Of a stretch of 64,000 nt of DNA, positions 46,279 to 58,236 are shown in pieces (positions within the stretch are counted from its first letter, which is position 1; each line of letters opens with the position of its first letter). The position numbers and the translations under genes are program-made. Where the stretch lies: assembly GCA_963715335.1 (NCBI GenBank), contig CAVQRZ010000001.1, positions 288,001 to 352,000 on the forward strand, written 5' to 3'. This stretch comes from an uncultured delta proteobacterium (GTDB lineage Bacteria; Desulfobacterota; Desulfuromonadia; Desulfuromonadales; BM103). A model generated the notes under the pieces. The model worked only from the letters and a program-made list of their open reading frames with translations, was not told the origin of the DNA and did no database searches.

Positions 46279-47550
46279 CCGGTTAAAAGGACATTTCCCC
46301 TGCCTGATGTGATCAACAATTTCGTGCTCGAACAGCCGCAGCAGCGCCTCGACCGGGCCCATGGCGCCTTCGGCCAGGGCACAGAAGGAGCGGCCCCGGA
46401 TATTGCGCACCTGGTCTTTGAGCATCGCCAGGTCATCCATCGACGCCTGGCCGAATTCGATCCGGTCGAGCAGCCAGGCGATGGTCGCCAGGCCGTCGCG
46501 GCAGGGTGTACACCAGCCGCAGCTCTCACGGGCAAAGAACTGGTTGAGGTTGCGGGTCACCGCCACCATGCAGGTCTCTTCATCAAAGACCGTGACCCCC
46601 GCCGTGCCGAGCCGGCTTTTGACCGCTTCGAGCGGATTGAAGTCCATCATCAGGTCAAGATGCTCGGCGGTCAGGTAGGGCGTCGAGGCCCCGCCCGGCA
46701 GGCACGCCTTGAATTTCTTGCCACCGCGCACACCGCCGCCGACCTCTTCCACAACCTCGCGCAAAGTGATCCCGAGCGGCAGCTCGAAACATTCCGGCCG
46801 GTTCAGGTGGCCGGACAGGCCGAACAGCTTGGTGCCGGCACTCTCCGGGTTCAGCGCCAGGTCATGAAACCACATGACGCCATTGGCCAGGATGTGCGGC
46901 ACGTTGGCAAAGGTCTCGACGTTGTTGACGTTGGTTGGCTTGCCGAACAAGCCGCGCTGGGCCGGAAAAGGTGGCTTGGAACGCGGATTCGGGCGACGGC
47001 CCTCGAGGCCGTTGAGCAGGGCGGTTTCCTCACCGAGGATGTAGCGCCCGGCGCTACGGTGCACGTGCAGTTCGACATCGAAGCCGGAGCCGAGAATATT
47101 CTTGCCCAGGTAGCCGGCGGCGACGGCCTCCTCGATGGCCCGTTCGACCCTTTGCGAGCAATCCTCGTAGGCGTAGCGCAGGAAGATATAACCGACCGGC
47201 GTCTGCATTGCGTAAGCCGCAATCGCCATCCCCTCGACCAGCTGGTGAGGGTCGGCAAGCAGCAGCTGACGGTCCTTGTAGGTCCCCGGCTCCATCTCGT
47301 CGCCGTTGCAGACCAGGTACTTTTCACCCGGGGCGTCAGCCGGAAAGAATGACCACTTGATGCCGGTCGGGAAGCCCGCTCCCCCACGACCGCGCAGGGC
47401 GGACGCTTTGACCACGTCGCAAACTTGCGAGGGCTGCATCTTCAGGGCATCTTGCAGCCCCTGGTAGCCGCCGCTCTTGATGTACTCGGGAAGCAGCACG
47501 GTTTCCCCGGGGCGACGGTTTTTGAAAAGGACCTGCGGATAGGTGCTCAT
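46276..47550 (-). CDS. nuoF: NADH-quinone oxidoreductase subunit F
   Basis: LRGRGGAGFPTG, DEMEPGT, GEETAL and ESCGWCTPCRDG. Confidence 0.95.
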   Translation of the reverse strand: MSTYPQVLFKNRRPGETVLLPEYIKSGGYQGLQDALKMQPSQVCDVVKASALRGRGGAGFPTGIKWSFFPADAPGEKYLVCNGDEMEPGTYKDRQLLLADPHQLVEGMAIAAYAMQTPVGYIFLRYAYEDCSQRVERAIEEAVAAGYLGKNILGSGFDVELHVHRSAGRYILGEETALLNGLEGRRPNPRSKPPFPAQRGLFGKPTNVNNVETFANVPHILANGVMWFHDLALNPESAGTKLFGLSGHLNRPECFELPLGITLREVVEEVGGGVRGGKKFKACLPGGASTPYLTAEHLDLMMDFNPLEAVKSRLGTAGVTVFDEETCMVAVTRNLNQFFARESCGWCTPCRDGLATIAWLLDRIEFGQASMDDLAMLKDQVRNIRGRSFCALAEGAMGPVEALLRLFEHEIVDHIRQGKCPFNR

Positions 47551-48035
47551 CCCTGCACCTCCGCACGCACGTCCGCCAGAATCCGGTCGATCTTTTCCGG
47601 GGTCAGGTGGCCATGGGTAGTCAGGCCGATCATCATTGCCGGGGCCTCGCCGCAAGCACCGAGGCAGCAGGTCGGCAGCAGGGTAAACATGCCATCGGTG
47701 GTAGTTTCGCCCAGGCTGATACCGAGTCGACTCTGCAGATGTTCGGCAATCTTCTCGGCACCGGTCGCCCAGCAGCAGATCGAATCACAGACATGGATGA
47801 CCCGACGGCCCACTTCCCGCCGGAAAATCTTATCGTAGAAGGTCGCCACTTCTTCCACTTCGATCGGCAGGATTCCAAGGGTCTCTGCGGTCAGCAGTAC
47901 GCCATCATCGGGCACCCAGCCATGATGCGACTGGATCGCCCGTAACAGGTCTACGATCAGCTCATGGGGATGTGAAACCGCACCGGCCCTGGCCCTGAAG
48001 CTGTCGATCTGCTGTTGTGGAAGAAGCTCGGTCAT
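47547..48035 (-). CDS. nuoE: NADH-quinone oxidoreductase subunit E
   Basis: VATFY, CDSICC and CLGACGEAP. Confidence 0.93.
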   Translation of the reverse strand: MTELLPQQQIDSFRARAGAVSHPHELIVDLLRAIQSHHGWVPDDGVLLTAETLGILPIEVEEVATFYDKIFRREVGRRVIHVCDSICCWATGAEKIAEHLQSRLGISLGETTTDGMFTLLPTCCLGACGEAPAMMIGLTTHGHLTPEKIDRILADVRAEVQG

Positions 48036-48052
48036 AACCCCAAAATCGATCC

Positions 48053-48118
48053 GCCACGAAGGCACGAAGGCGCCAAGAAAAGAATAAAGCGTTTTTCGTG
48101 TCTTCGTGTCTTTGTGGC
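48053..48118. repeat. Inverted array of octamer repeats (CACGAAGG/TCTTCGTG) in the nuoBCD-nuoE spacer
   Basis: GC CACGAAGG CACGAAGG CGCCAAGA ... TTTTCGTG TCTTCGTG TCTTTGTG GC. Confidence 0.8.
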
Positions 48119-48126
48119 AAACGTGA

Positions 48127-50517
48127 TCATCGATCTAAATCCGCCAAAATAAAATCGATCGCCCCGAGCACCATGATCAGGTCGGAGATCATCCAGCCCT
48201 TGGTCATCTTCGGGAAGACCTGCATGTGGGCGAAGCTCGGCGTACGGATCCGCAGCCGGTACGGTGTGTTGCCCCCGTCGCTGACAACATAGTAGCCGCA
48301 CTCGCCCTTGCTCGACTCGATACCGCGATAGCATTCGCCGCGCGGTGGCGACATCCCTCTCGTTACGTTCATGAAGTGGTGGATCAGAGTCTCGATGTCC
48401 TTCTTGCCAGCCTCCCGTTCCGGGTAAACATAGCGGCAGTCGCGACTCACATAGTCGCCGGCCGGCATATCGGCTGCAGCCTGTTTGACGATCCGCAGGC
48501 TCTGGCGCATCTCCTCGAGGCGCACCAGGTAGCGGGCGAAGCTGCAGCCGGCCGAAGCCGTTGGGATATCAAAGTCAAAACGCTCGTAACCGGAATAGGG
48601 CATCTTCTTGCGCAGGTCCCATTCCAGACCGCAGGCCCGCAGGTTGGCCCCGGACATCCCCCAGTCGATCGCTTCGTCGAGAGAGGTGACACCGATCCCC
48701 TCGGTGCGTGCGCGGAAGATCGGACCGTCGGTCAACATGCGGTCGAATTCGTCGATTCGTTTATCGAAATCGCGGGTGAAGACCTCCACGGTTTTCTGCC
48801 AGCCTTCGGGCAGGTCCATCGGCAGACCACCGATCCGGAACCAGGACGGGTGCATGCGGCCGCCGGTTACCTGTTCGATGATATCGAAGATCTTCTCGCG
48901 TGATTCGAAGGCGTAGAAGACCGGCGTCATGGCACCGACGTCGTGGGCGAAGGTACCGAGCCAGACCAGGTGGTTGGCGATGCGGAACAGTTCACAGAGC
49001 ATGACCCGGATAACCTGGGCGCGCTCAGGGACCTCGACTCCGAGCATCGTCTCGAGAGGCAGCAGGTAGGCCAGGTTGTTCTGCACCCCGGAGAGATAGT
49101 CGATGCGGTCGGTGTAGGGGATGTACTGGTTCCAGTGCTGGCGTTCGGCGATCTTCTCGGCACCGCGGTGGTGATAGCCGAGGTCGACATCGACATCCTC
49201 GACCTCTTCACCGTTGAGCTTGGCGACCAGGCGCAGCACGCCATGGGTGCCGGGGTGATGAGGGCCAAGGTTGAGGATCATCGTCTCGTCATCGACACGC
49301 TCCATCTCCTTGCCGCCAAAGAAACTCTCCGCGTCGCGCGGCACCATCTGCATAGCGGCTTCCGGCGTAAAAGGTTCCATCTCGGTGGCGCGGCAGACGT
49401 GCTCCTTGCGCAAGGGGTGGCCCTGCCAGTCGTGGGCCATGAGGATGCGGCGCAGGTCAGGATGGCCCTTGAAATCGATGCCGAACATGTCGAAGACTTC
49501 GCGCTCGTACCAGTTGGCCGTAGTCCAGACGTTGGTCAGCGTCGGCGCCGACGGCATTTCGCCGTTCAGCGGCACCTTGACCCGTACGTAGCCGGGGTCG
49601 TCGTATGACATCAGATGGTAAACCAGGGTGAAGTCGTGGTCCGGGCGTTGGCCGCGGGCGCGCTCATCAATCGCAGTCAGGTCTTCGAGCCGACGGAATT
49701 TCTTAGGCGCCTGTTCCTTGAGGAAGCCCAGCAGATCGGTGGCTGTCTCTGCATCGGTCCAGAAGGTCGGCATATCGACGCCCTTGACGTCTTCACGGAC
49801 CTTCTCGCCGAACCGGTCATGCAGTGCCTTGCGCAGATCGGGCGTCGACTCGACAAAATCAACCTGCGGCTGCTCCGGGCGCCAGATCCCGGCAGAGCGG
49901 TTCCCCCAGAAGTGGGGAGCCTGTGTCGAGGTGCCGCGATTCGGGCTATTGCCGAAACCGGGGCCGCGCGTATCACGGCTCTTGCTGACACCGTCTACCA
50001 GCATCGGCCGTGTGGTCCCTTCGCTGCCACCCTGCATACCGAGCACGCTGCGAGCTGGACGCTCTTCTTTGGCGATCTTTTCCTGCAGCAGCATCAACCC
50101 CTGCAGAAAAGCTTCCGGCCGCGGCGGGCAGCCGGGAATGTAGACGTCGACCGGCAGAACCTGATTGACCCCCTGCATGACGCTGTAGACATCGTACATG
50201 CCACCGGAGTTGGCACAGCTGCCCATCGCCATGACCCACTTAGGGTTGGCCATCTGCTCGTAGACACGCAGCATGCTTGCGCCCATCTTCTTGAAGGGTG
50301 TGCCGGAGATGATCATCAGGTCGGCTTCGCGTGGCGTACTGCGCAGGACTTCAGCGCCGAAGCGGGCCAGGTCAAAGCGCGGCGTCATGCTGGTCATCAT
50401 CTCGACGAAACAGCAGGACAGCCCGAAGAACATCGGCCAGAGGCTGTTTTTGCGCCCCCAGTTGATGGCATCATCCAGGGTGGTCAGAACCACATTGGGC
50501 GGCAGCTGCTCACTCAC
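48127..50517 (-). CDS. nuoBCD: NADH-quinone oxidoreductase fused subunit B/C/D
   Basis: NuoB ([17 protein letters not shown]), NuoC ([17 protein letters not shown]) and NuoD ([14 protein letters not shown]) motifs in one 796-aa frame. Confidence 0.95.
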   Translation of the reverse strand: MSEQLPPNVVLTTLDDAINWGRKNSLWPMFFGLSCCFVEMMTSMTPRFDLARFGAEVLRSTPREADLMIISGTPFKKMGASMLRVYEQMANPKWVMAMGSCANSGGMYDVYSVMQGVNQVLPVDVYIPGCPPRPEAFLQGLMLLQEKIAKEERPARSVLGMQGGSEGTTRPMLVDGVSKSRDTRGPGFGNSPNRGTSTQAPHFWGNRSAGIWRPEQPQVDFVESTPDLRKALHDRFGEKVREDVKGVDMPTFWTDAETATDLLGFLKEQAPKKFRRLEDLTAIDERARGQRPDHDFTLVYHLMSYDDPGYVRVKVPLNGEMPSAPTLTNVWTTANWYEREVFDMFGIDFKGHPDLRRILMAHDWQGHPLRKEHVCRATEMEPFTPEAAMQMVPRDAESFFGGKEMERVDDETMILNLGPHHPGTHGVLRLVAKLNGEEVEDVDVDLGYHHRGAEKIAERQHWNQYIPYTDRIDYLSGVQNNLAYLLPLETMLGVEVPERAQVIRVMLCELFRIANHLVWLGTFAHDVGAMTPVFYAFESREKIFDIIEQVTGGRMHPSWFRIGGLPMDLPEGWQKTVEVFTRDFDKRIDEFDRMLTDGPIFRARTEGIGVTSLDEAIDWGMSGANLRACGLEWDLRKKMPYSGYERFDFDIPTASAGCSFARYLVRLEEMRQSLRIVKQAAADMPAGDYVSRDCRYVYPEREAGKKDIETLIHHFMNVTRGMSPPRGECYRGIESSKGECGYYVVSDGGNTPYRLRIRTPSFAHMQVFPKMTKGWMISDLIMVLGAIDFILADLDR

Positions 50518-50960
50518 GAAGGACTCCGTTCCGGATTGCGGCTTTCACGCTGCGCCCGCGGGCCCCATTCGAGACCGCCGGTCTTCCAGAGATGGACCAG
50601 GCCGAGGAAAAGGATAAAGATGAAAAAGCAGACGTGAGCGAATCCGGACCAGCCAAGCCGGTCGTAAGCAACCGCCCATGAGGCGACAAAGATCACCTCG
50701 ACGTCGAAAATGATGAAGAAGATTGCAACCAGGTAAAAAGGCACAGGCCCTTTCAGTCGTGCGTTATCAAGCGGCAGGATGCCCGATTCGTAAGGTTCCT
50801 GTTTTTGCCGGGAACGGGTTTTGCGACCCAGCCCCCAGGAGAGCAGCAACAGCACCGCAACCAGGAATATGGCTATCCCGATGTAGATTCCCAGTGCCAG
50901 GTAGGACTCGAAATCCGGTTGTGCAACTATCAGTTTTGTCGAGGTGTTGACTGGTGACAT
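50514..50960 (-). CDS. nuoA: NADH-quinone oxidoreductase subunit A
   Basis: KQEPYESG and [14 protein letters not shown]. Confidence 0.93.
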   Translation of the reverse strand: MSPVNTSTKLIVAQPDFESYLALGIYIGIAIFLVAVLLLLSWGLGRKTRSRQKQEPYESGILPLDNARLKGPVPFYLVAIFFIIFDVEVIFVASWAVAYDRLGWSGFAHVCFFIFILFLGLVHLWKTGGLEWGPRAQRESRNPERSPS

Positions 50961-51069
50961 AGCCGTTTAAAAGGTTCGGTTGAAAGTTGTATGATTGCGT
51001 ATCTGTCGCAAACCAAAGCACCACCAAAGACTAGCACAAAAACCGGTCCCGTCCATCGGTTGATGCGCC

Positions 51070-51528
51070 TCACGAACTGCTTCTGCCCGTCTCAATCGCC
51101 GCCCTGGCCAGAGCATCGCAGCGCTCGTTTTCGACATGACCATCGTGACCGCGCACCCAGTGCCATTCGACCTGGTGCTGTTCGGCAAGCTCAAGCAGGC
51201 GCTCCCAGAGATCGCGGTTGGCGACCGGCTTTTTCTGGGTGTTCTTCCAGCCGCGCTTCACCCAGCCTTCGATCCATTCGGTCATGCCTTTTTTGACGTA
51301 CTCCGAATCCGTAGTCACTCTGACCCGGCACCGCCGCGTCAGGGCTGCAAGCCCGGCGATCGCACCGCTCAGCTCCATGCGGTTGTTGGTCGTCTCCGGA
51401 TCGTAGCCCGAGAGTTCTTTCTCCTGCCCGCCGCAACGCAGAATCGTGCCCCAGCCTCCCGGCCCCGGGTTCCCGGAGCAGGCGCCGTCGGAAAAGATTT
51501 CCACCAGGGGGGTCCCTGTTTCATTCAT
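51070..51528 (-). CDS. rnhA: Ribonuclease HI
   Basis: [27 protein letters not shown] and [15 protein letters not shown]. Confidence 0.96.
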   Translation of the reverse strand: MNETGTPLVEIFSDGACSGNPGPGGWGTILRCGGQEKELSGYDPETTNNRMELSGAIAGLAALTRRCRVRVTTDSEYVKKGMTEWIEGWVKRGWKNTQKKPVANRDLWERLLELAEQHQVEWHWVRGHDGHVENERCDALARAAIETGRSSS

Positions 51529-51798
51529 GGCGTTGCGCTTTGAGTTGTGTGCGGTTAAAAAACTTTGCCATTCTAGCACAGCGCGGCAGCCAAAATCAGC
51601 ACTCTAGATTCGCTGTACAAATTAAAAGTTCTGCAACGCTTAAATGGTCGCTGGAATAATAAACGACTCGCACGTTGCTACGGTCGAGTCGACATCTTTG
51701 ACCACGCATTGGCACGGACTCGACCGCCCAGGCGGCTTTGCCGGGCAAGCTGGCTGTAAACCAAACGCTGTCATGATTCAGGTCAACCGATTGTTATT

Positions 51799-54423
51799 CT
51801 AAGGGACGGCCGATCTGCCGTTAGCGAGGACCTGCTCCGCGTCCCAGAAACAGACCAGTCGTTGCGCAACCACATCGGCCAACAGCATCAGGTTCTGTTT
51901 TTGCACTTCAATAACCTTGACCACCGGTTTGAAATGGCCGCTGTCCGGGATCAGTTCCTCCAGCGCATTGCTGCTCTGGTAAATCCAGTCACTGTTCAGG
52001 GTGCAGGGGAAGGTATCAGGGAACAAAGCCAGATAAAAAATATCCGCTTCAACGAGGTCCTGGAAAAAGTGCGAGCCAAAAGACAGCTCCGGCATTAGCT
52101 CTCCTTCCTGGAAAGCCACCTCGCCGATAGCGGCCATATTATTTATTTCCGAGAATTTGACCGGCACCCCCAGGGACGGTGTCGAGGTTCCCCAGCGGCC
52201 CGGGCCCAGCAGCAGGGTCGGGTGTTGCTCACGGTTCTTGATGCGCCGGTTCAGGCGCCCGACCAGACGGGCGATTTCGTGTTTGTCAGAAAGACCGAGC
52301 TGCGAATACTGCTGCGCATCGATCCAGATTACCCGTTTGATTTGCAGCGCCGTGTTGCCGCCCATGAAGCCGCCCGCAGCCTTGAAAAACGTTTTCTCTG
52401 CGGTAATGCCGTCGGGAAGATTGACCCGTTTCTTCAAGCCTTTCGTCTGTAACGGCCGGCATTGCAAAAGGTTGATCCTGGCTGTTTTACCAGCGTTGTT
52501 GTTGACGGTGAATTCAATGTCGACCGGATACTGGTAAGCTCTTTCGAGGGTTTTCAAAAGCTTCTGCATCCGCTGGGGGAAGTCTGTCCTGGTCAGCAGG
52601 TGTTCGAAGGTGAGCAGCCAGACATCATGAACAGGCTTGCCAAGCTCACGCAGACGTTTCATGGTTTCCCGGTCGAGCACGCCATATCGATCAAGGTTGA
52701 GATCGATTCCCTCCTCGATCAGCCGGAAAAGCGACTGCGACTGCAGGGCGTTGTCGTTGATGTTGACCAAATCGATATCTTTCTGCGAGAAACGACGGAT
52801 ATCTTCGTACCCTTTCAAGGGAAGTTTCATTGGGGCATCGAGAGCCACGATCCGGGGGTAGTCCCCTTCAACGCGGTCGACAGCGCGCGTTCCCAGGCCA
52901 AGCACCAGGCGCAGCATCCCCGCCTTCGGATCCATACATTTGTCCCAGACGAAGGTGTTGTAGGAGATTCCCACACCTGCCAACTCCGGGAAATAATATT
53001 GTCGGTGATACGAACCGGACACCCTCTGCACGAGCAACCCCATCTGCTCGACCTGCTGATCAAGGCCACGCTGCTTGCGGTAGGTCAAGGCCTCTTCGCT
53101 CATGGTACTGGAGAAGATCTTCCGTACGGCATCCTCGAATGCATTGTAACGATCTTCGGGTGAACCCTGGTTGGCACAGAAGAAGCTGTCATATTTCCCG
53201 GCAAATGCACTGCCGAAACTGTCTTCCAGCAGGGAGCTGGAGCGCACGATAATCGGGTACTGGCCATAGTAATCGAGCATGCTCTGAAAGTCTTCGCGCA
53301 ACTGTTCCGGAAATGAGCCGGTCAGCATTTTTTCGTGCAACTCCGCGCCTGCCCTGTAATACCCTTCCGGGGTTTTTTGTGCTGCGTAGAGTTCCCACCA
53401 GCCGTTGTTGACAATATATGAGTAGTAAACATTCGAGCCGACAAAGAAGGAGTCATGCTGTTCCAGTTGATCCCCCCAGTCAGCATCGGCTTGTGCTTCG
53501 AGGATGCGGCGCGCCAGCAGCATGCCGACGGCTTTGCCGCCGATGAAGCCGGTGCCGATCATGCGCGCCTTGTAAGCAAGCAGATCCTGCAGAGAAAAAA
53601 ACTGCCTGGCCAGGCCCAGGATATTATCCTCACGACCAATCAGGTGTCGGCATAGATGGTCGACCATTTTCTTCTGTTCTGCAGGAGGGACCCCTTCGGC
53701 ACTCAGATCCTCGGCCTGCAGGAACAACCGGTGCCAATGATCAAGGCGGCGATGGCCGGCCGCCTGATCCTGGCTATAGGCACCGGCGAGCAGGTTTGTC
53801 GCTTCAAAACTGTTGGCCAGGGGGATGAAGCTTTCAGCGGACTGGCGATGGGGGAGAAACATGGTCGGCGAATGCCGTTCCCAGACTTTGAGAGGATGAA
53901 CGAACAGCTGCCCTTCGCGGTTGTGCAGTTCCAAAAAAACCTGGGTTGTCTCGCGGATGCGGGCAATTGTTTTATGGGCGTGACGGTTACGCAACAGAGC
54001 AAAATAGGCGACCGTGTCGAGACGAAACAGATAGGGGCAGGTCACCTGGAAAAAGTTGGCGATCATGTGATCGGTGGCCCAGGCTGACAAAAGCTCGGAC
54101 AGGCAGTCAAACACGTAGAAGGTGCCAACGCCCTTTGCCGTGGCAATGGCATGTATCGCACAGGCGAAAGGTTCAAACCCTTGGCGAGGGTCAAGCACAA
54201 AAGTCTCGACCCCCATGTCCGCACTTACAATTGGAGGATGTTGACCGAAGCGGAAGTAGACCACTTCGCGACGGCCTGCCAAGGCCTGTTTGACATAGGG
54301 TTCGACGAAATACCGGTAATCTTCGATAGTGTCGACCTTCCAGACCACATTATCGCCGATTCGCAAACCATCGAGGATCTCATCAAGGCCCCTGAATCCG
54401 GTCGTTACCCGCCTGTCGTTCAT
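51799..54423 (-). CDS. PEP/pyruvate-binding (PPDK N-terminal ATP-grasp) domain protein
   Basis: IGGKAVG, VRSSSLLED...FAGKY, GLGTRAV, PVDIEF and LLQCRP; RecA/KaiC-like N-terminus TTGFRGLD. Confidence 0.85.
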   Translation of the reverse strand: MNDRRVTTGFRGLDEILDGLRIGDNVVWKVDTIEDYRYFVEPYVKQALAGRREVVYFRFGQHPPIVSADMGVETFVLDPRQGFEPFACAIHAIATAKGVGTFYVFDCLSELLSAWATDHMIANFFQVTCPYLFRLDTVAYFALLRNRHAHKTIARIRETTQVFLELHNREGQLFVHPLKVWERHSPTMFLPHRQSAESFIPLANSFEATNLLAGAYSQDQAAGHRRLDHWHRLFLQAEDLSAEGVPPAEQKKMVDHLCRHLIGREDNILGLARQFFSLQDLLAYKARMIGTGFIGGKAVGMLLARRILEAQADADWGDQLEQHDSFFVGSNVYYSYIVNNGWWELYAAQKTPEGYYRAGAELHEKMLTGSFPEQLREDFQSMLDYYGQYPIIVRSSSLLEDSFGSAFAGKYDSFFCANQGSPEDRYNAFEDAVRKIFSSTMSEEALTYRKQRGLDQQVEQMGLLVQRVSGSYHRQYYFPELAGVGISYNTFVWDKCMDPKAGMLRLVLGLGTRAVDRVEGDYPRIVALDAPMKLPLKGYEDIRRFSQKDIDLVNINDNALQSQSLFRLIEEGIDLNLDRYGVLDRETMKRLRELGKPVHDVWLLTFEHLLTRTDFPQRMQKLLKTLERAYQYPVDIEFTVNNNAGKTARINLLQCRPLQTKGLKKRVNLPDGITAEKTFFKAAGGFMGGNTALQIKRVIWIDAQQYSQLGLSDKHEIARLVGRLNRRIKNREQHPTLLLGPGRWGTSTPSLGVPVKFSEINNMAAIGEVAFQEGELMPELSFGSHFFQDLVEADIFYLALFPDTFPCTLNSDWIYQSSNALEELIPDSGHFKPVVKVIEVQKQNLMLLADVVAQRLVCFWDAEQVLANGRSAVP

Positions 54424-54496
54424 GGCTGTCCCCGCTGTTCTCCTCACCGTCTCCGAATATAACTGCAACCCGGTTGTCGGGTTCTGCTCTTTATAC

Positions 54497-54523
54497 TGGA
54501 CCGGCAGTATGCCTGCCGGTCCA
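54497..54523. terminator. 11-bp hairpin downstream of gdhA (no U-tract on the minus strand; possibly stabilising)
   Basis: TGGACCGGCAG-TATGC-CTGCCGGTCCA. Confidence 0.5.
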
Positions 54524-54540
54524 TTTGTCCTACTGGCGGT

Positions 54541-55938
<1,398 letters not shown>

Positions 55939-56119
55939 TTATAAGCGAAAAACGATTCGCATTCAAGCGAAAAAGGGCCGTCGCCTAAAAATTAACCGTC
56001 TCTACGGGCACACAGACCGCTTTTACAAAGACACGCAATTTTACTCCGGTCCGACCGGCAGCCCTTACTGTCTCTGGGCGCCCGGACATCACGCCTTGCC
56101 CAGCGTAGCGGGCCAACAT

Positions 56120-56154
56120 AAAAAAGCCCCTCCGCTTTATCGCGGAAGGGCTTT
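56120..56154 (-). terminator. Intrinsic terminator of mscL (a second hairpin lies at 56171-56194)
   Basis: Minus strand AAAGCCCTTCCGC-GATAAA-GCGGAGGGGCTTTTTT. Confidence 0.7.
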
Positions 56155-56208
56155 GAGTTTTCAGTAAGCCCGGCCTTCGCCGTGGCGAAGGCCGACGCCC
56201 TGGACCGG

Positions 56209-56667
56209 CTAGGGATTGATGGCAGAGGTACAGTTTGGGCAGCGGGTTGCTTGCAATGAAATGGTCGAGCAACAGAACGGGCAAGCGTGGGTTGTTGGCT
56301 CTTCTGCAGGGGTCTCCTGCTGACGCTTAAGCTTGTTTATATTCTTTATCAGCAGGAAGACAGCAAAAGCAACGATCACAAAACTGATCACTGAATTGAG
56401 AAAAAGGCCATAATTGATCGTCACAGCGCCAGCAGACTGGGCCTCTGCAAGGGTAGCAAAAGGGCCTGGCGCGCTGCCGCTGCTGAGCACCAGAAAGAGT
56501 TGCGAAAAGTCAACATTACCAAGCAGAAGTCCAATCGGCGGCATGATCACATCGGCCACCAACGATTTGACAATTGTGCCAAACGCTCCACCGATAATGA
56601 TGCCCACCGCCATATCAACCACATTCCCCTTTACGGCAAAATCTTTGAACTCCTTGAGCATTGACAT
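56209..56667 (-). CDS. mscL: Large-conductance mechanosensitive channel with a C-terminal Cys-rich tail
   Basis: [26 protein letters not shown] and [12 protein letters not shown]. Confidence 0.95.
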   Translation of the reverse strand: MSMLKEFKDFAVKGNVVDMAVGIIIGGAFGTIVKSLVADVIMPPIGLLLGNVDFSQLFLVLSSGSAPGPFATLAEAQSAGAVTINYGLFLNSVISFVIVAFAVFLLIKNINKLKRQQETPAEEPTTHACPFCCSTISLQATRCPNCTSAINP

Positions 56668-56871
56668 AGAAAAAATCCTTTCTGTTGAGGAAAGCGGTCT
56701 CATTGTGCAAACAGAGCCCCCTCCGTTTAATCCATAATTGGGAGCAATTATATCATTTCAACAAGGATATCAAGCTTAATGCTGATCTTTTTGAATCCCC
56801 TACGCACAAAGACCCGCCGCTTTACAGCGGAAGGGCTTTTAACGTTTTAAGAGGGGTTTAAAAGAGAAGAT

Positions 56872-56893
56872 TTGGCGTCCCCAGGGAGATTCG
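56872..56893 (-). repeat. Direct repeat of the tRNA-Glu 3' end (att-like)
   Basis: TTGGCGTCCCCAGGGAGATTCG matches 57042-57063 at 21 of 22 positions. Confidence 0.8.
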
Positions 56894-57004
56894 CCCACTA
56901 CGTCGATCGCTAAAGCGCTCTCTCCTGCGTCGGCTCCCCTCCGCTCACTCCTCCTGCCACTGGCAGCGTTCGCTCCGCTTCTCATCCCCCTACCACGGAG
57001 ACAC

Positions 57005-57034
57005 AAAAAAACCCCGCCGCGAAAGCGACGGGGT
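57005..57034 (-). terminator. Intrinsic terminator of the tRNA-Lys/tRNA-Glu transcript
   Basis: Minus strand ACCCCGTCGC-TTTC-GCGGCGGGGT followed by a T-tract. Confidence 0.75.
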
Positions 57035-57042
57035 CTAATTGT

Positions 57043-57120
57043 TGGCGTCCCCAGGGGGATTCGAACCCCCGTCGCCGGCGTGAAAGGCCGGTGTCCTGGG
57101 CCAGGCTAGACGATAGGGAC
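57043..57120 (-). tRNA. tRNA-Glu (TTC)
   Basis: Cloverleaf with anticodon arm CCGGC-CTTTCAC-GCCGG, GGTTCGAATCC T-loop and encoded CCA. Confidence 0.95.
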
Positions 57121-57175
57121 TCGATATCTTGAGTACCTAGCAGGAAAAGGTCCTGCGATGTACGCCGTTTGAAAA

Positions 57176-57251
57176 TGGTGTGCCGCGTAGGGATCGAACC
57201 TACGACCATCTGATTAAAAGTCAGATGCTCTACCTACTGAGCTAGCGGCAC
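57176..57251 (-). tRNA. tRNA-Lys (TTT)
   Basis: Acceptor stem GTGCCGC/GCGGCAC, anticodon arm TCTGA-CTTTTAA-TCAGA, GGTTCGATCC T-loop and encoded CCA. Confidence 0.95.
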
Positions 57252-57325
57252 ACAGAACGCGTCTTATAAACTGACCAGGACTTGATTGTCAACCCTTTTT
57301 TCCAAGGGGTTTCTTTCCCTTCGGC

Positions 57326-58195
57326 TTACTGGGCATGCAGTTTCTGCTTGGCTTTAGCGGCCTCGTCAGAGAGCGGGAACCGCTCAATCACCCGTTGCAG
57401 CAGGAGCTTGGCGGTCGCATGGTCACCGGTGGACTCAAAGGCTAGTGCCTGTTTGAGCATGGCCGAGGCAACCTTTGGGTGATCACCGTACTTCTGGATG
57501 ATCTCTTCGAACTTCAGGATTGCCTGTTCGTAGTTCTTTTCCGCGTAGTAGGTTTCACCGACCCAGTAGGCAGCATTCACCGCCAGTTCGTGATCCGGAT
57601 AGCGCTTGAGGAATGTCTCCATCAGTTCGCGCCCGGCAGCGAAGCCCTGATTTTCACGTATCGTTTTCAGGGCCCGGTCGTATAGTTCCGGGGCGCTTTC
57701 TCCGGTCGGGGTGGGCGTCGTCGTTGCGACAGGAACCGTCGGCCTGGTAGCCGGCGGCGTATCGACGCCTGGGGACGGCGGAGTCCACGACGGTGCGGGC
57801 ACAGCAACCTTGATGCCGGCTTCAAGTTGCGCCAGACGCTTCTCATGGTCGGCAACCTGCAGGTTCAACTCGTCCCGCAGCAGGGACAGATCCTGACGCA
57901 AATCATCGTTGATCCGTTCCTGGTCACTAGTGCGCCCCTGCATCGACTGCAGGTCAACCCGCACACCGTCGAGTCCGGCCTGAAAATCAGCCTGGTTGCT
58001 CGCCAGCGTTTCGACATGGGCCCGGACGCCACCCGCGCTGTCATCCTGCAGTTCCTTGACCGCCCGTTCGGCTTCGCCGAGGCGGCGCTTCATTTCCAGA
58101 AGGTCGCGCTGCATCTGCAGATCCTGCTGTGTCACCACGCAACCACTCAGCAAGAGGCCGGCAAACAAAAGGGCCAGGCTACGAACTTGCAACAT
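57326..58195 (-). CDS. cpoB: Tol-Pal system protein YbgF/CpoB (lipoprotein, coiled coil plus TPR)
   Basis: Lipobox LLSGC; TPR region NAAYWVGETYY...SAMLK; position after pal. Confidence 0.9.
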   Translation of the reverse strand: MLQVRSLALLFAGLLLSGCVVTQQDLQMQRDLLEMKRRLGEAERAVKELQDDSAGGVRAHVETLASNQADFQAGLDGVRVDLQSMQGRTSDQERINDDLRQDLSLLRDELNLQVADHEKRLAQLEAGIKVAVPAPSWTPPSPGVDTPPATRPTVPVATTTPTPTGESAPELYDRALKTIRENQGFAAGRELMETFLKRYPDHELAVNAAYWVGETYYAEKNYEQAILKFEEIIQKYGDHPKVASAMLKQALAFESTGDHATAKLLLQRVIERFPLSDEAAKAKQKLHAQ

Positions 58196-58236
58196 CAAAA
58201 TGCTCCCTGATCGACGCATTAGGCGTCGTTACGTAT

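Noticed and set aside
42111..48118. Intergenic repeats as a CRISPR array
   Set aside because: Units are 7-8 bp, tandem and inverted, with no spacers and no cas genes.
48127..50517. NuoB-C-D triple fusion as a novelty
   Set aside because: Already known from Geobacter-type complex I operons.
51600..51798. 44-codon minus-strand ORF and CGGTCGAGTC/GACTCGACCG inverted repeat
   Set aside because: No RBS or recognisable motif; a lone hairpin is not enough to call an ncRNA.
56001..56108. Possible structured leader RNA upstream of gdhA (CTACGGGCA pairing with TGCCCAGCGTAG)
   Set aside because: Pairing is short and bulged, matches no riboswitch I recognise, and may lie upstream of the promoter.
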